Shown here: positions 12,328 through 24,639 of the stretch, one piece after another
Position numbering within the stretch: the stretch's first letter is position 1
How the letters are laid out: each line of letters begins with the position of its first letter
Assembly (NCBI RefSeq): GCF_001194135.2
Contig: NC_068983.1
Location: 34,306,160-34,345,568 of the forward strand
Origin: Octopus bimaculoides
Taxonomy: Eukaryota
Direction: 5' to 3'
DNA length: 39,409 nucleotides
Notes under the pieces: generated by a model
Databases searched by the model: none
Seen by the model: the letters and a program-made list of their open reading frames with translations, nothing else
Told to the model about the DNA's origin: nothing
Made by a program: the position numbers and the translations under genes

Positions 12328-15300
12328 CGTGTGTGTGTGTGTGTATGTATGTATGTATATGAATATATGAATATATGTGTATGTATAACACTCTTTCACT
12401 TTCTTTTTCTCACAGTTCTATATACTATAACGCATCAAATGAAGTTAGATAGACGGCTAATAATATTACACTGCTAAAGCGTTCAGTACAGTTGACTGAA
12501 GGAATTTAGTATGCTACTTTGTTACGTGTCTGTTGGGAAACGATTAATGTAGTTTGATTTAATAATTTCCTTGCAAATCAATCATTTTGGGATTATGTAA
12601 AGTTAATTATGAGTATTTTTGTTGTCTTCTTTCCTTTTTGTTTGTTTTTGGGAACTTATCATGTTGTCGAGTAATGGAGCGTAAAATGCCTTTGTTGTGT
12701 TGGATAAAGCTTAGATGGGAATACATTCTTGCATCGGTTAGAGTAGTTATGGCGATATTGGTGGAAGAGTATAAAGAAAACATGTACAAAATCAATTCGA
12801 TTCCGTTAGGATGTTGTTGAAGAATAGCTAATTGCTAAAGTGGCTATTGAAATAGATCAGCGTAAACAGGCAGTCTTAGTTGCCCATTGTTTTTTTAGCA
12901 ATAAGATGTGATGAAATAATACAAAATTATGAAAGTGATAGAATATTCAAAGTAAAATAATTGCGGAGTCTAACTACTTAACTATTAAACGAGTTAGACC
13001 GTTATATACGGGTAATTCTGTCGTTTTTATAATTATAATATTCTGCTTTACAACCTCTTTAGAGTCGTGTCTTACTGATCAAAGCTATCGTCATAATATG
13101 CATTGATATACTGGTGAAATCAATCGGACCGAAACGTTTTTCAGCATTATACGAGGTAAAACGTTTGAAATGAGAATATAATGAACAAAATACTTATTAG
13201 ATATACGGTAATTTTGTTACAACAGTGAAGATAATTTGCATGAGCTAAACCAAAAGACTTACTACTACGTAAACCACTTAATTTCACTCACCTCCCGTTT
13301 AAAAGAAAAGCAAATCCCCGAAACTTCACATTCGCAAAACTTCAGGAATTGAAATTATCGACCTTTTTGATTATCCCTCTTCTGAGCCATTAAGCTTTTG
13401 TCATACTGATGGTAAATAAATCCGATTACTTTTATCTCGTTCCTTAATTATTCTTCAGTTCATTGAAGTAGAAATATAGCTTTGAATTCTATATGCTGGT
13501 CTATCAACAGAAAACTACGAATGAAAGTTGACAGCTATCTGGATTGGATTGGCGATGTATTTCGAATAGTATAACTTATAATGGGGCTCAAAACAGCTTT
13601 ACAGTTGGCCTGGCGGGGTATTCACTTTGATTTGCATCACGTCTCATACGACTACCTGCGTGAAGGTCATACGAATTTGTATGAATTTTTCTCCCATCAT
13701 GTAAGGGTTAAATATTATACAGATATGTAACTGAATATGTGAGTAGGGAGAATGAGATTGTGTAGTAGGGTTTATTTGTTCCCGGGAAGAAACATATCTA
13801 CTATGAAACTGTTCATTATTATGTCCAAATATAAAGCTTTGACGTGTCTTATGGTCAACGAGAGAATATAATGCAAACTGAATTGGTGCAAGTCATATTC
13901 TGAAATTCGAAGATACGTGACTTCGAGTATTATAATATATATATATATATATATTTCTTTTATTCATTTCGGTTATTAAAACTTCTTGATCTATACAGGA
14001 TGTTTAGACAGGAGATCAGCTGTGTCATACTTACTAGTGAGGCGCTGTGTAGGTGATATATTCTCCATACACCACGAACACAAATATACCACGAGCTTGG
14101 TCTTCTTTGATATGCGTAATATAATATATATATAGCAAAAAAAATCGCAATAAATCATTTTAAAATAGTGAAATACAACAATCTTTGTATATTTTCAAGC
14201 ATGCAAAGAATTCAAGATTTTATGAGCTGAAGACAGGCAAACGTTCAGGCACAAATCAAATATTGGTTGCAATAGCTTCACATGAGGTTTCTTCCTCTTT
14301 AACAATACAAAGAGTTACTGTATGTCAAATGCATAAAACATATGTATACACTGTTCATGCAATGATTTATAAGGAGCAAAATTATCTTTATTTTAACAGA
14401 GGTATCTGATTAATAATTTTACATTATTTTTGTTTTCATACAGGGGCACACCGTCTGAAATGTTTCCTAGGGTCATTGCATGCTTCACGTCTTTCAAACG
14501 TCAGGGATGATCACGTCGAAAACCTCATTGCCTCAGATAACAATCTAATGCAGTATAACAGTGATTTCATGCTAGCTATAATAGGTCATGCAGTGATTCA
14601 GTTGGTGACATGGATGCTGCTGCCTCGCTAAATAAAATAAGATGAATAAGATGGTTTTATATAATATCATACTCTAATTAATAGTGTTATCGTACAAATA
14701 AACATCTTTCATAAACCACCGGAGACTCCTGATTACTGGTGCGTAACTAACGTTCTATGATGTAATAAACCTCACCGCACATAACCAGCTATTTATATAA
14801 GAAATATAAAAGCATGCAAAGAAATGTAGTAAAAAATTGGAGTAGTACTTTAAAAATTTCAATCGTATGATGTAGGGAATACTGCATATTTTCATGTTTG
14901 CGGGCGTCAGTTAACACTGTAGACAGAGAGGTGGACAGCGTGACATGTTGGAGCGAAGTATGAATATCACAGAATGAAATTGCCCACTCTTATAAATTTT
15001 GTGGCCATGTCCTCAAGAACGAAAACAAAATACAGGGCAGTGTTCGGCAGAATTCTACAAAGAGTACCCTCTTTCTAGTGAAATTTAGCTATTAATTAAA
15101 TCAAATTCACATTAATTTCATAGAAATTCCACTGAAAAGCTATCTCATATAATAAAATTTCAAATCTTTGTAAACTTTCAGCATTGCATGTTATGGCGGC
15201 TATAAGGTTTTCTCTTTTACCTCTACTCTAGCAACTGCTATAAAGCTTTTCTTGTATTTATTCAGAATGCAATTACTGAAGGATATATATTCATAGATTG

Positions 15301-15378
15301 ATAATAATCACAGCGGTCAATTTAAATGCTTTTCTTAATATTATGGTACTACACACACACAAACACATATATATGTAC

Positions 15379-15454
<76 letters not shown>

Positions 15455-15796
15455 TACATACACAGAGAGAGGCAGACAGACAGACAAAGTGAGAGACTGA
15501 CCGACAGACAAACACACACACACACAAACACATATGCTCTGTTTACAATATTTTCCATTTAATATTTTTAATCAGCTCTGAAACGGATCTAACACTGTCA
15601 AGTGGTCCTTAACCTACACACTGAATAAAAATATGTTCTATTGAGTAGAACAATTTCCAAGAGTTTTAGGAAAGGAAAATACTGATTTTTACGTTTTAAA
15701 ATAAATGACGCAATCTCTAGTGATGTTGTGCTGTCATTCCAAACAATTCTACTTTAACCGGATCCACGTGAATTTTAATTTTCTATATAATTTAAA

Positions 15797-16000
15797 GTGG
15801 TGAGCTGCTAAATTCGTCATCACGTCGAACAAAATGTCTAGTGGCATTTCTTTCGGTTCTGCTGAGTTGAGATTTTGCCGAGGTCGACTTTGCCGTTCAC
15901 CATTTCGGTGTCGGGAAAATAACAACTAGTTGAGAAGTGGGATCGATGTCATCGCCTAGCTCATTCCTCCAATATTTCAGGCCTTGCGTCAAGATAAGGA
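15797..16000 (+). mobile_element. SINE, near full length, followed by (GAAA)n
   Basis: ggtgagctgctaaattcg...gccgaggtcgactttgccgttcaccatttcggtgtcg...tttcaggccttgcg; homologous to the other copies in the window. Confidence 0.85.
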
Positions 16001-17129
16001 AAAAAGAAAGAAAGAAAGAAACAAATAAACAAACAAAGAAAGAAAGAAAGAAAGAAAGAAAGAAGAAAGAAAGAGGCGGAATTTAAGATTCGTATAGGAA
16101 ACCTGCAGAGAAAGTGTCATTCACAGTAGCTTCATGAGTTTTGAGGAATCTTGATGACAATAAATATCATGACATCGACGCTAACTAGAATAGCATGTCA
16201 TAAGCTTGATATCGTTGTCAGCAATATTTCCTTAGCTTCTAGTCACAGAGCCTACGACACATCTAAGAAGAAAGTTTATTCAAACAAGAAACTTGTTCCA
16301 CGTTGTGGTATTAAACTGGAAGACAGTTTATTTTTACTATTGAAATAGGACATGGTAATATTTGAACTCAGATTCCAGGGAGCTTGAACAAACACCTCAA
16401 TTCATCCAGACAAGCGGTCTTATAGTTTTTAATCTAAAGCCTTGAATTATTACGTTTTTTATACGTTGAAGCAACATGTGAAATGAGAACATTAAATACG
16501 CGTATACAAAAGATATTGATAGACAGATGACTAATACTCGTGATATGGGAGTATCGCCATCAAGGTCAAATCAACGAACCACACAGATTATGCATCAATC
16601 TGATCAAAGACGTACGAACCCTCACCACACTATTTTTGTTCAATAACCAACTCCATAAAGTGAGCAGTTCCCTTCATTCTGTTCATTTTTGCCACATCTC
16701 TATTCTTGACAATATCACTTCTCTCTCTCCATCCCCATTCTCTCTCTCCCTTCTCTTTCTCTCTCTCTCCCTCTGTATATATTCGTCTCTTATTGCTATC
16801 AGTTTTATAAATATCATACACGTAACTCTCAGCACTCGTGTAACTTTGCATCCTCTACTGATTGAAAAATATTTAAAAACACTGATTATTACCGTTTAAT
16901 TAACAAGCCTTTTCCCCGAAAACATTAACTGTTATCAGCACATAGATTCGTATTACTGAGTACCATATTAAAAACATTACACAAAATAGCATTTATATTT
17001 TTGTAATATCTTGTTGTCAAAGAAAAATGGCCATTGTTACTATTGGTCAATATGAAGACGAAAACTCAATAGAATTTTTTTTTAGACTAATCTGTATTTA
17101 TATATTAAATCTCTCTCTACAATGATGGC

Positions 17130-17600
17130 TTTGTAATTATATTACGTAGCATGAATAACAGGCAAAGCAAAAGATTTAAGAAAAAATCTTAAGTAGTTTA
17201 AAGATTGAAACTTGACAATTCACAGTGAACACTACCTTTAAAATAGTAATTTTCTGGAAACACGATTAAATTTCGATACTTGTCAATACCACGTCTACAC
17301 AAAATCTACTGATCTACAGTATACCCTTAGGATTTCATTGTACACATCAGCTGTCTGAAAAGAATTATCTTCAGATATTACTCGCAATCTCATGGCTAAA
17401 AATAATTTACCAACGTAAGAGATTACTCTAATGAAGTATTATCTTAGAACAGTTACGTAAAAGAAGATAATATACGTCAGAAACACAATTACACAAGATG
17501 AAAAAATACACTAAATATATTGACGCATATTATTTCTTGCAATCTTAAAGTAACTATATTGCAAGAATGTTACCAAGACCTGTACTTACATACTTTCCCA
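17130..17600 (-). pseudogene. Possible decayed GPCR TM1-TM3 relic
   Basis: One frame gives GLGNILAI*LL...CVSDVYYLL...C...VVLTSIEI*SCF, with the Cys 24 residues before E as for C3.25/E3.49. About 11 stops in 130 codons, so weak. Confidence 0.25.
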
Positions 17601-18756
17601 AATATCACAATATTATGATTAGCTACTGTAAATATTGTAAATGATATTGCAAAGTCCTTTTTCGAACTTTATCATCGCAAATATTTGCCTTTCTCTCATC
17701 GCTAATACTTTTCAATTATGCAGTTGAATAAACACCATACTCATTCTTGATAGCAGATGTGTCACAATCTTTATAATCTTTTATGCTAAAACGTGATCAG
17801 GGAATATATCAATTACAAAAGAATAAACATTCCATGTTATCATCAATATGCAGAAGTACTTTGCAGAAATTCTGGCAGACACTACTTTGTTAAAATATAT
17901 TAAGGAACTGAAAAATAAAGCTTCAGTTTCGACATTTGTGTGAGCAATTTGAACTCTTCTAAAGTATAGATCCTAATTACATATTATCAATTTTGTTTCA
18001 TTTCTCAGTTGAGCGAAATCTTCTAACGCGGAAACTTGATGAGAAAATTATGACACTTAGAATAATAAAGTCTTCTATGAGACGTTATATAATGACCGAT
18101 TGTTAGTCATTTAATTACACTAGATATCTTTGCTATTTAGTATAGAATATAGGGTTATTAAACTTGTCTCTCTGACCGTAAGGTAAATTTCCACCTCAAA
18201 TCCCTACTTACATAAAGTTATATAATTCTGTTATCGGCCGTTTAATATTTGACATTTATTCTCTATTCATTCATATTTAACAACTAAATCTTCCATTTCA
18301 TAAATTCTTTCCATTGTATAAACATTCATCCTCGTTGTCATTTGTTTTGTTGTTTTGATATCATCCAGTGTTTTCTCATTTTCTCACTTTTTTAGCTTCT
18401 AGTTTATCTTTCTGTATTTTTGTTTCTACTTTCTTTTCATCAACGTTTGCCTTTTACGTCTGTTGTCTAGTATATTCTTTATTTCCAAATGAAAGTCCTT
18501 ACAAAAGCCAAGTTACTTCTATATAGATGCCAGTATTCTGCTGAATTACAACTAAGTGACGATGCAAAATCTACAAATCAGATATACATACACGTCGTGT
18601 TTATATGCAATAAGTTATAGTTTAACATTTGCATATATTATACAGGTGAGAGAGCAGTGCATGTATGTATGTATGTATGTATGTATGTATGTATGTATGT
18701 ATGTATGTATGAAAGTATGCATGTGTACATGTATGTGTGTATGCATGTGCGTATGA

Positions 18757-18815
18757 GGTGGCGAGCTGGTAGAATCTTTTGCTTGCCGGACAACTTTCAG
18801 CGCTGGCTCTAAATT
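18757..18815 (+). mobile_element. SINE head fragment after a (TATG)n tract
   Basis: ggtggcgagctggtagaatcttttgcttgccggacaa matches the family 5' end. Confidence 0.6.
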
Positions 18816-19089
18816 CAATAGAAAATCTGGTGATTGTCTTGCACTACTAACACACGTAGGATACAGTATTCACTGATAAACTGCTAATATACTTGATAGT
18901 ACATTACGGTCGCAAAACGGAATACAGTGTTCCTACCAGTAATTAATTTGTCTGAACCAGTTGTTAGTGTCATATCGCTAAACTTACTGGATATTTAGAC
19001 ACTGTGTTCGTGGATATTTAATGGGTTGGATGTGGTGCTGAAGAAGAAATGACTCCAGAAATATGCATTTACACCCATTACCAATGTTT

Positions 19090-20133
19090 CTATCTTCGAT
19101 CGCATTGTTTACGAAGGCGTATTCGTATAATAAACGTCGTAACTTTCAGTGAGGCTCTATATTCCATAGAAAACTTGTAGAGATAAATTGAATGTGATTT
19201 TATCACACTGATAACACAAAAGTTGGACACGCTATTGAATCTATGTACGTATAAAATTTGATGCACTATCAATTGGCCAGAATCTAATAAAGAATTCAAA
19301 ATATTGATAAATCTCAACAATGAATTTATACGAGACAAATGTACGGTATTTTGTTTACAATGTATTAGACAAATGAATAATAATAGCAGTTATTACAAGA
19401 TATAAAAACGCAAACGAGCTGTGCATGGTTTTCTCTTCACACATAAGGACCGCTAATAAAAACGGATTATATCGGACTACTTTTAAAACTTTTATTAACA
19501 TTGCTCTAAGATTTAGTTGTCTTATGCAATTAAACATTTCCTTTCAAAAAGCTCCATGCATCATCAAATTATGACCTCACAGATTCGAATCCACTCCACA
19601 TATTTCTGATGTACGATTACTTTCACACATTTTTGCATAAAATTTTACAATAATATTTGTCTTTCGTTTGACAGCAACAGAAACATCGAGCCAACTGTAA
19701 CGAAACATTTTCTTGTATGTATACTGATAGTGATATACTGACGTATAAGAGCGTATGTTTATCGATCTAAGTAGATTTATACAAATATTGACATGGCTAA
19801 CAAGCCCAGGTTAATTACACGATTTCTACTTCTAAACTATAATAATCCTGCTCCTTTGATAGAAGCGTCTATTTTTATTTGATTCATATCCTTATTTGCT
19901 TAATTAATGTGGTGCTATGTAGAAATGCAAGATCTCCAAATGTCTGCCGAGGGGCTTTTGCAGTAAAGAAATTATGAAACTGAAAATAATAAGCTGCGCA
20001 TTAAATAGATTAATTTCTGATAAAGCTTTGGTCGCTAATTAAGAATTCGAATTAATATTATCACAATTCCATTAGTTAGAAATGGATATACTACTAATTA
20101 GCTGTCGATATAGGCATTAGCAATAGAAATCAT
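19090..20133 (-). pseudogene. Single-exon rhodopsin-like (FMRFamide/peptide-receptor-like) GPCR pseudogene
   Basis: One frame: TM1 VVYPFLTNGIV, ICL1 RPKL..IYL, TM2 SVS*FLY (stop at the D2.50 position, 32 codons after G of GIV), TM3 AMSIFV*IYLDR*, TM4 HTRKCFVTVGSMFLLLS, TM5 YVEWI. After frameshifts: LNLRAMLIKVL, TM6 EEK...LVITAIIIHLSN, TM7/H8 FNSVSNFCVI...IYLYKFSMEYRASLK. Span ~340 codons. Confidence 0.65.
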
Positions 20134-20499
20134 GTAAAATTTAAAGAAAATAATTCAAATGAAACACAGCAAGTAAGGAATAACGTAAAACGAAAAGCAA
20201 ATTAAAACTTTATGTTTGATATTGTGCAAATGTATGTTGTTTTTTGCATGTTAAAGAATATCTGAACTATTAAAATAAAATTAATAATAATCATACATAC
20301 ATACATACATACATACATACATACATACATACATACATACATACACACAAACATCACACACATACATAAGGCAAGAAGACGCAAGAATAATAATAACGAC
20401 TATAGTAATAATATTAAAATAATAGTATGAGTAATACTAATTAATAATGGCAACAAAAACAGCAGCAGCAATGCAACTATAATAACCATAAGAACAGTA

Positions 20500-20576
<77 letters not shown>
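20500..20576. repeat. (GAT)n microsatellite
   Basis: Direct reading of the sequence. Confidence 0.97.
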
Positions 20577-20639
20577 ATACTTAACATTTAAAAATTATAA
20601 AATCCTAATAATATTAACGATAATGCTTTACGTTGCGAG

Positions 20640-21260
20640 ACGTAAACGCCGGCAGGAAATATTTTTCTCTCTGTAACTTATATCATTAATCATTCGGGAA
20701 CATTATTATTATGAGCGCAATACGGAAAAAATGCCGAATCTAATATTCTAAGCAATCTTTTAAATCTAAATTTGGAGTCCAATACTAATAAAAACAAACA
20801 AATGAGGAGCAGAATTCGAAAAGGTCATTTCTATGTTATGAGAAAGCAAAATCTACATCTTCACAATAATAACCCTAACTGCAATAAATAGTGAAAGAAT
20901 GAAACATTATTGATTAGTAAGCATAAACAAGTGTTTGATAATGGCCAGTATACGCATACACAAAATAAGATGGTTCAAAATACTATAGGATAGTTAAATC
21001 GCTGCATAGATTATTTTATGTAAGGTACGTGGATTTTTTTTTTTTTTTTCAGTCTAGAATATGCGATTGAAATATGCCCAGTTGCTTGATGATTTGTAAA
21101 AAAATATAAGAAAAATTTGAATAGACAGACGTTTCAGAGTGGAAAATAAAATGGATTGCCTTATTTTGGAACGTCTCATTTCATTATATTTCGGCATTAG
21201 AAATTGAGAAATAACTTTCACTAAAATGCGGGAATCGATAGAATCGATTGTGTCTTTCCG
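20640..21260 (-). pseudogene. Possible decayed GPCR TM1-TM4 relic upstream of the 19-20 kb pseudogene
   Basis: QFLMP...(ata-ggc-aat, IGN by 1-nt shift)...SILFSTLKRLSIQIFL; later YWPLSNTCLCLL and IT*K*PFRILLLICLFLL. Weak. Confidence 0.22.
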
Positions 21261-21680
21261 CTGATTTCTGGACTGTTGTATAAGATAGAAATAATTTTTG
21301 TACATGGAAGACAAAAGAAAGAAGAAACAGATATGAACAGAAACCTGGCATTATAGGAAAGATATGTATGGTAGAGCATAGTCACACTGAGAGACAGACA
21401 GACAGACAGAGACAGATATACAGACAGAGACAGACATACAGACAAACACACAGAGACAAAGAGAGAAAGTGAATGAGATTGAGAGAAAATAAAACAGACA
21501 GACAGACATAATATAGGGTCAGATTTGAGAGCTAGGGCAAAGGTTAAGTCCAGGTTGTTGGCAAAGCAGGGAAATGGTGAACAAAGAAAAATTTATTCAT
21601 TTAAAATTTTACTCACTGGACAGCACCTCACTTACTTTTGTACATTCATGTATAGGTATATATGTATATATGTATACGTA

Positions 21681-22356
21681 TACGGTGGATTATTTAAGAC
21701 TTGGCTCTTATTTCTAGCAGGTAGATGCTCATTAAGCATCATTACGATATTTCATAGCTCCATAAAGCTATCATAACTGCGTTCCACCAATGCTACTACT
21801 AGTGATATCATCAAATTTTGAATTTATCCACAGATGATATGAACAGTAGTGACATCTAACTTCAAATCTCAGTGTTTGAATATTTCATTTAAATATTTTT
21901 ACGCACCATGTGTTCTGATTTTGGCGCAAAACAAAACCAGTTGCACAGTCAGAGACTAAAGTGAACAGTCATGAATTTAAACTGGTGATCCACACTGACG
22001 AAGCTCAAGGTTGAATAACCAAAAGCAGAAACCCGGTTTGTGGATATCCGTAATTGCATAATATTTTTATTTGTGTTGTTAAATGTTTTAATTCGGTCTG
22101 TTTTCCTCGCATACTGCTTTTCTCTGTTATGTTGGTGCGCTACGGTGGATTATTTAAGACTTGGCTCTTATTTCTAGCAGGTAGATGCTCATTAAGCATC
22201 ATTACGATATTTCATAGCTCCATAAAGCTATCATAACTGCATTCCACCAATGCTACTACTGGTGATATCATCAAATTTTGAATTTATCGACAGATGATAT
22301 GAACAGTAGTGACATCTAACTTCAAATCTCAGTGTTTGAATATTTCATTTAAATAT
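21681..22356 (+). mobile_element. Partial tandem 460-bp unit (216-bp direct repeats around 244 bp) carrying a hammerhead; retrozyme/PLE pLTR-like
   Basis: 21681-21896 and 22141-22356 differ at 3 positions by eye. The intervening part holds the hammerhead. Both flanks are TA/TG microsatellite. Confidence 0.75.
21988..22045 (+). ncRNA. Type I hammerhead ribozyme motif
   Basis: atccaca-CTGACGA-[a gct caa ggtt gaat aacc aaa agc a]-GAAAC-ccg-GTT-tgtggat: 7-bp stem I, intact core, near-palindromic minimal stem III, GUU site after 22038. The first stem II pair is A-A. Confidence 0.75.
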
Positions 22357-22739
22357 ATATGTATATATATATAACTTTATTTTAGAAAATCATAGAAAGC
22401 GTGAAAGTGCTCGAGTCAAACCATTGACGCTAGATAAATTCAGGAAATACAGGGATGAAGTTCAACTCAGGCAGACTACGATTGGTGCATACATATATGG
22501 TTTTAATAAAAAGAATAGTCTAAAATATATATTAATACATTCAAAATATACAGTTATAGAAATATAAAAGTATATATGAATGTTAAAAATATGCAACACA
22601 TAAATATATACATATATAAATACAATGGAGGATAGATAAAAATATAGATGTGGATAATAAAATACAGAAAGACATTTCGTTTAAAAATTATGGAATGCGG
22701 GGAGTAATAAATCTTGAAAAAGAGTTCCTGGTACAATAC

Positions 22740-23490
22740 TTAAATGAAAAGGAATACTTTTAGGATAAGGCGCCAGTATACATAGTTAAGATGGGAGCAA
22801 TTGGAGCTCAACAGGATAAAATTCCTAATTCAGGTAATTAATGATGTCTTACGAAGCCTTACCAATTTGTTTCACTGGAGAAAATTCGAGTCTCCATTCT
22901 TCACCAGTACATGTGGGGATGAACCCTGCAGCACATCCTCAGTAGCTGCCGAATAACCAAACTCTACCTTGACAAGGATTTTAAAGGTCATAATAGACAC
23001 CATACGATGTGGGATTAGTCATTTCAAGCAATTCCACCTAACGAATTTCTCGTTAGCTTCGTCAGAGCTAACGAGATTTCCAAAAATTTGTTTTCTTGAT
23101 TGCATTTTCTCAAACATAATTATAGTTCGTGTAATATACTGCATAATGTAGGATAATATAACACCTTATCTCTGCCTTGTTTAGCCATCTCATAATTCAT
23201 TAATGATAATCATTATGAAAACTTGCTAATCACTCCTAAAGCGTATTTTCTCGATTCCTTCTTATCTAATACGTCTACCACCTCACATTAATATAACTTA
23301 TATCATTTAATCCCTGAATAATATTAATATAGAAATAATTCAATCAATCTACCCACCTATTACATTAAACTATATATATTTAATAAACGAAAGCTTCAAG
23401 TCCTCTAGTTATAATAATTATTTCACCTCTACGTTAAATAGCTACTAACAGTTAACAAATGTCTTCACAGGATAAAAGGACTCAACTACT
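22740..23490 (-). mobile_element. L2/CR1/Jockey-like LINE RT remnant
   Basis: VVDVLDKKESRKYALGVISKFS (decayed LD..K.ALGVF.D.SKAFD) and FKILVKVEFGYSAATEDVLQGSSPHVL (decayed GVPQGS). Confidence 0.5.
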
Positions 23491-23695
23491 TTCGCTCCTT
23501 CCTATTTTCACTTGAATTATGCTTCTCCCTCTTATATGATAATATAAAGGGTTTCTTTCTATTTTGGCTGTCTTGTTCATACATTTTACAAATTTTATTG
23601 CATTTTCGCACATGAATCTATGTCCACTATCCACGTGTGTATATGCTATATATGTAAGTATATACGTACGTGAGTGTGTATCTCTTTCAGTGATT

Positions 23696-23728
<33 letters not shown>

Positions 23729-24034
23729 CACATATGGTATAATTTAAACAGGGCAAATTGTAGCCATTTCTCCTACCATTGAAAAAAATGCCAACCTTAG
23801 TCGACTTTCAAACCATATTGGGTTCTATTCAGAGGTGTCCACGTCATTCTGACTGTCCCAGAGAACCCAGCAGCTAAACTGTTTATAAACTCAACAAATA
23901 CAGCAGTTACTCTATGACAGAGTCCCTAATTTGCACACCGTAACTTTTAACACTGTATTAATACTAGCGGCCTATCAACGGGGACCTTAGTCCATACAGT
24001 ATCAAGGTATGATAAAATTAATGTGTAACATATG

Positions 24035-24069
<35 letters not shown>

Positions 24070-24096
24070 ACGAAGATGTACTTGCAAAGCAAGTAC

Positions 24097-24380
24097 ATTT
24101 GCTGGGAGTAACTCAAAATAACTTAAGAAACATAAGTGGCAAGCAAGATATCGGCTTGTAATTGTCTAACGCATTGCCTTTTTCGATATTTTTCAGGTAC
24201 AGCACAGACAATACACAGCATTGCTAACCACTCTGGTATTACTTAGTTGGCATTTAACAAGGTGTTAAGTTGTGCATGACATTCACCTAATCTTTTTAAT
24301 CCAGTAGCCTTGAACTCCCTCTGGTCCCGGACTGGAATATCTACAATTTGCTGGGAGCAACTCAAAATAACTTCAGAAAC
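24097..24380. repeat. 35-bp direct repeat pair (24097-24131, 24346-24380) preceded by a perfect 10-bp hairpin (24076-24098)
   Basis: atttgctgggagtaactcaaaataacttaagaaac vs atttgctgggagcaactcaaaataacttcagaaac; hairpin atgtacttgc-aaa-gcaagtacat. Confidence 0.85.
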
Positions 24381-24566
24381 TTACATATCAGTTTCCGGAC
24401 GCTCAAAAGATCAGCTTTAAAAACTGTAATATATACAACTTCTGTGAATACCTATCTTTTCTTTTCTCCCTGTATATTCGAATATGTAAACATCCTTTTT
24501 ATTCTAAGAACAGTACAGATTTCTCTGTTCGGATAAACGTAAGATCATCTTTAGTAAATCATTATC

Positions 24567-24626
<60 letters not shown>

Positions 24627-24639
24627 ATTAGTAGCATCC

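Noticed and set aside
12480-12960. GPCR-like or L2-like readings on both strands
   Set aside because: Equally plausible motifs on opposite strands with wrong spacing indicate overfitting.
14441-14630. Candidate exon after ttttcatacag with a ~60-codon open frame
   Set aside because: No recognisable protein, donor site or partner exons.
21681-24380. Direct repeats as a CRISPR-like array or LTR retrotransposon
   Set aside because: Eukaryotic context, only two copies each, no spacer series, and no TG..CA ends, PBS or PPT.
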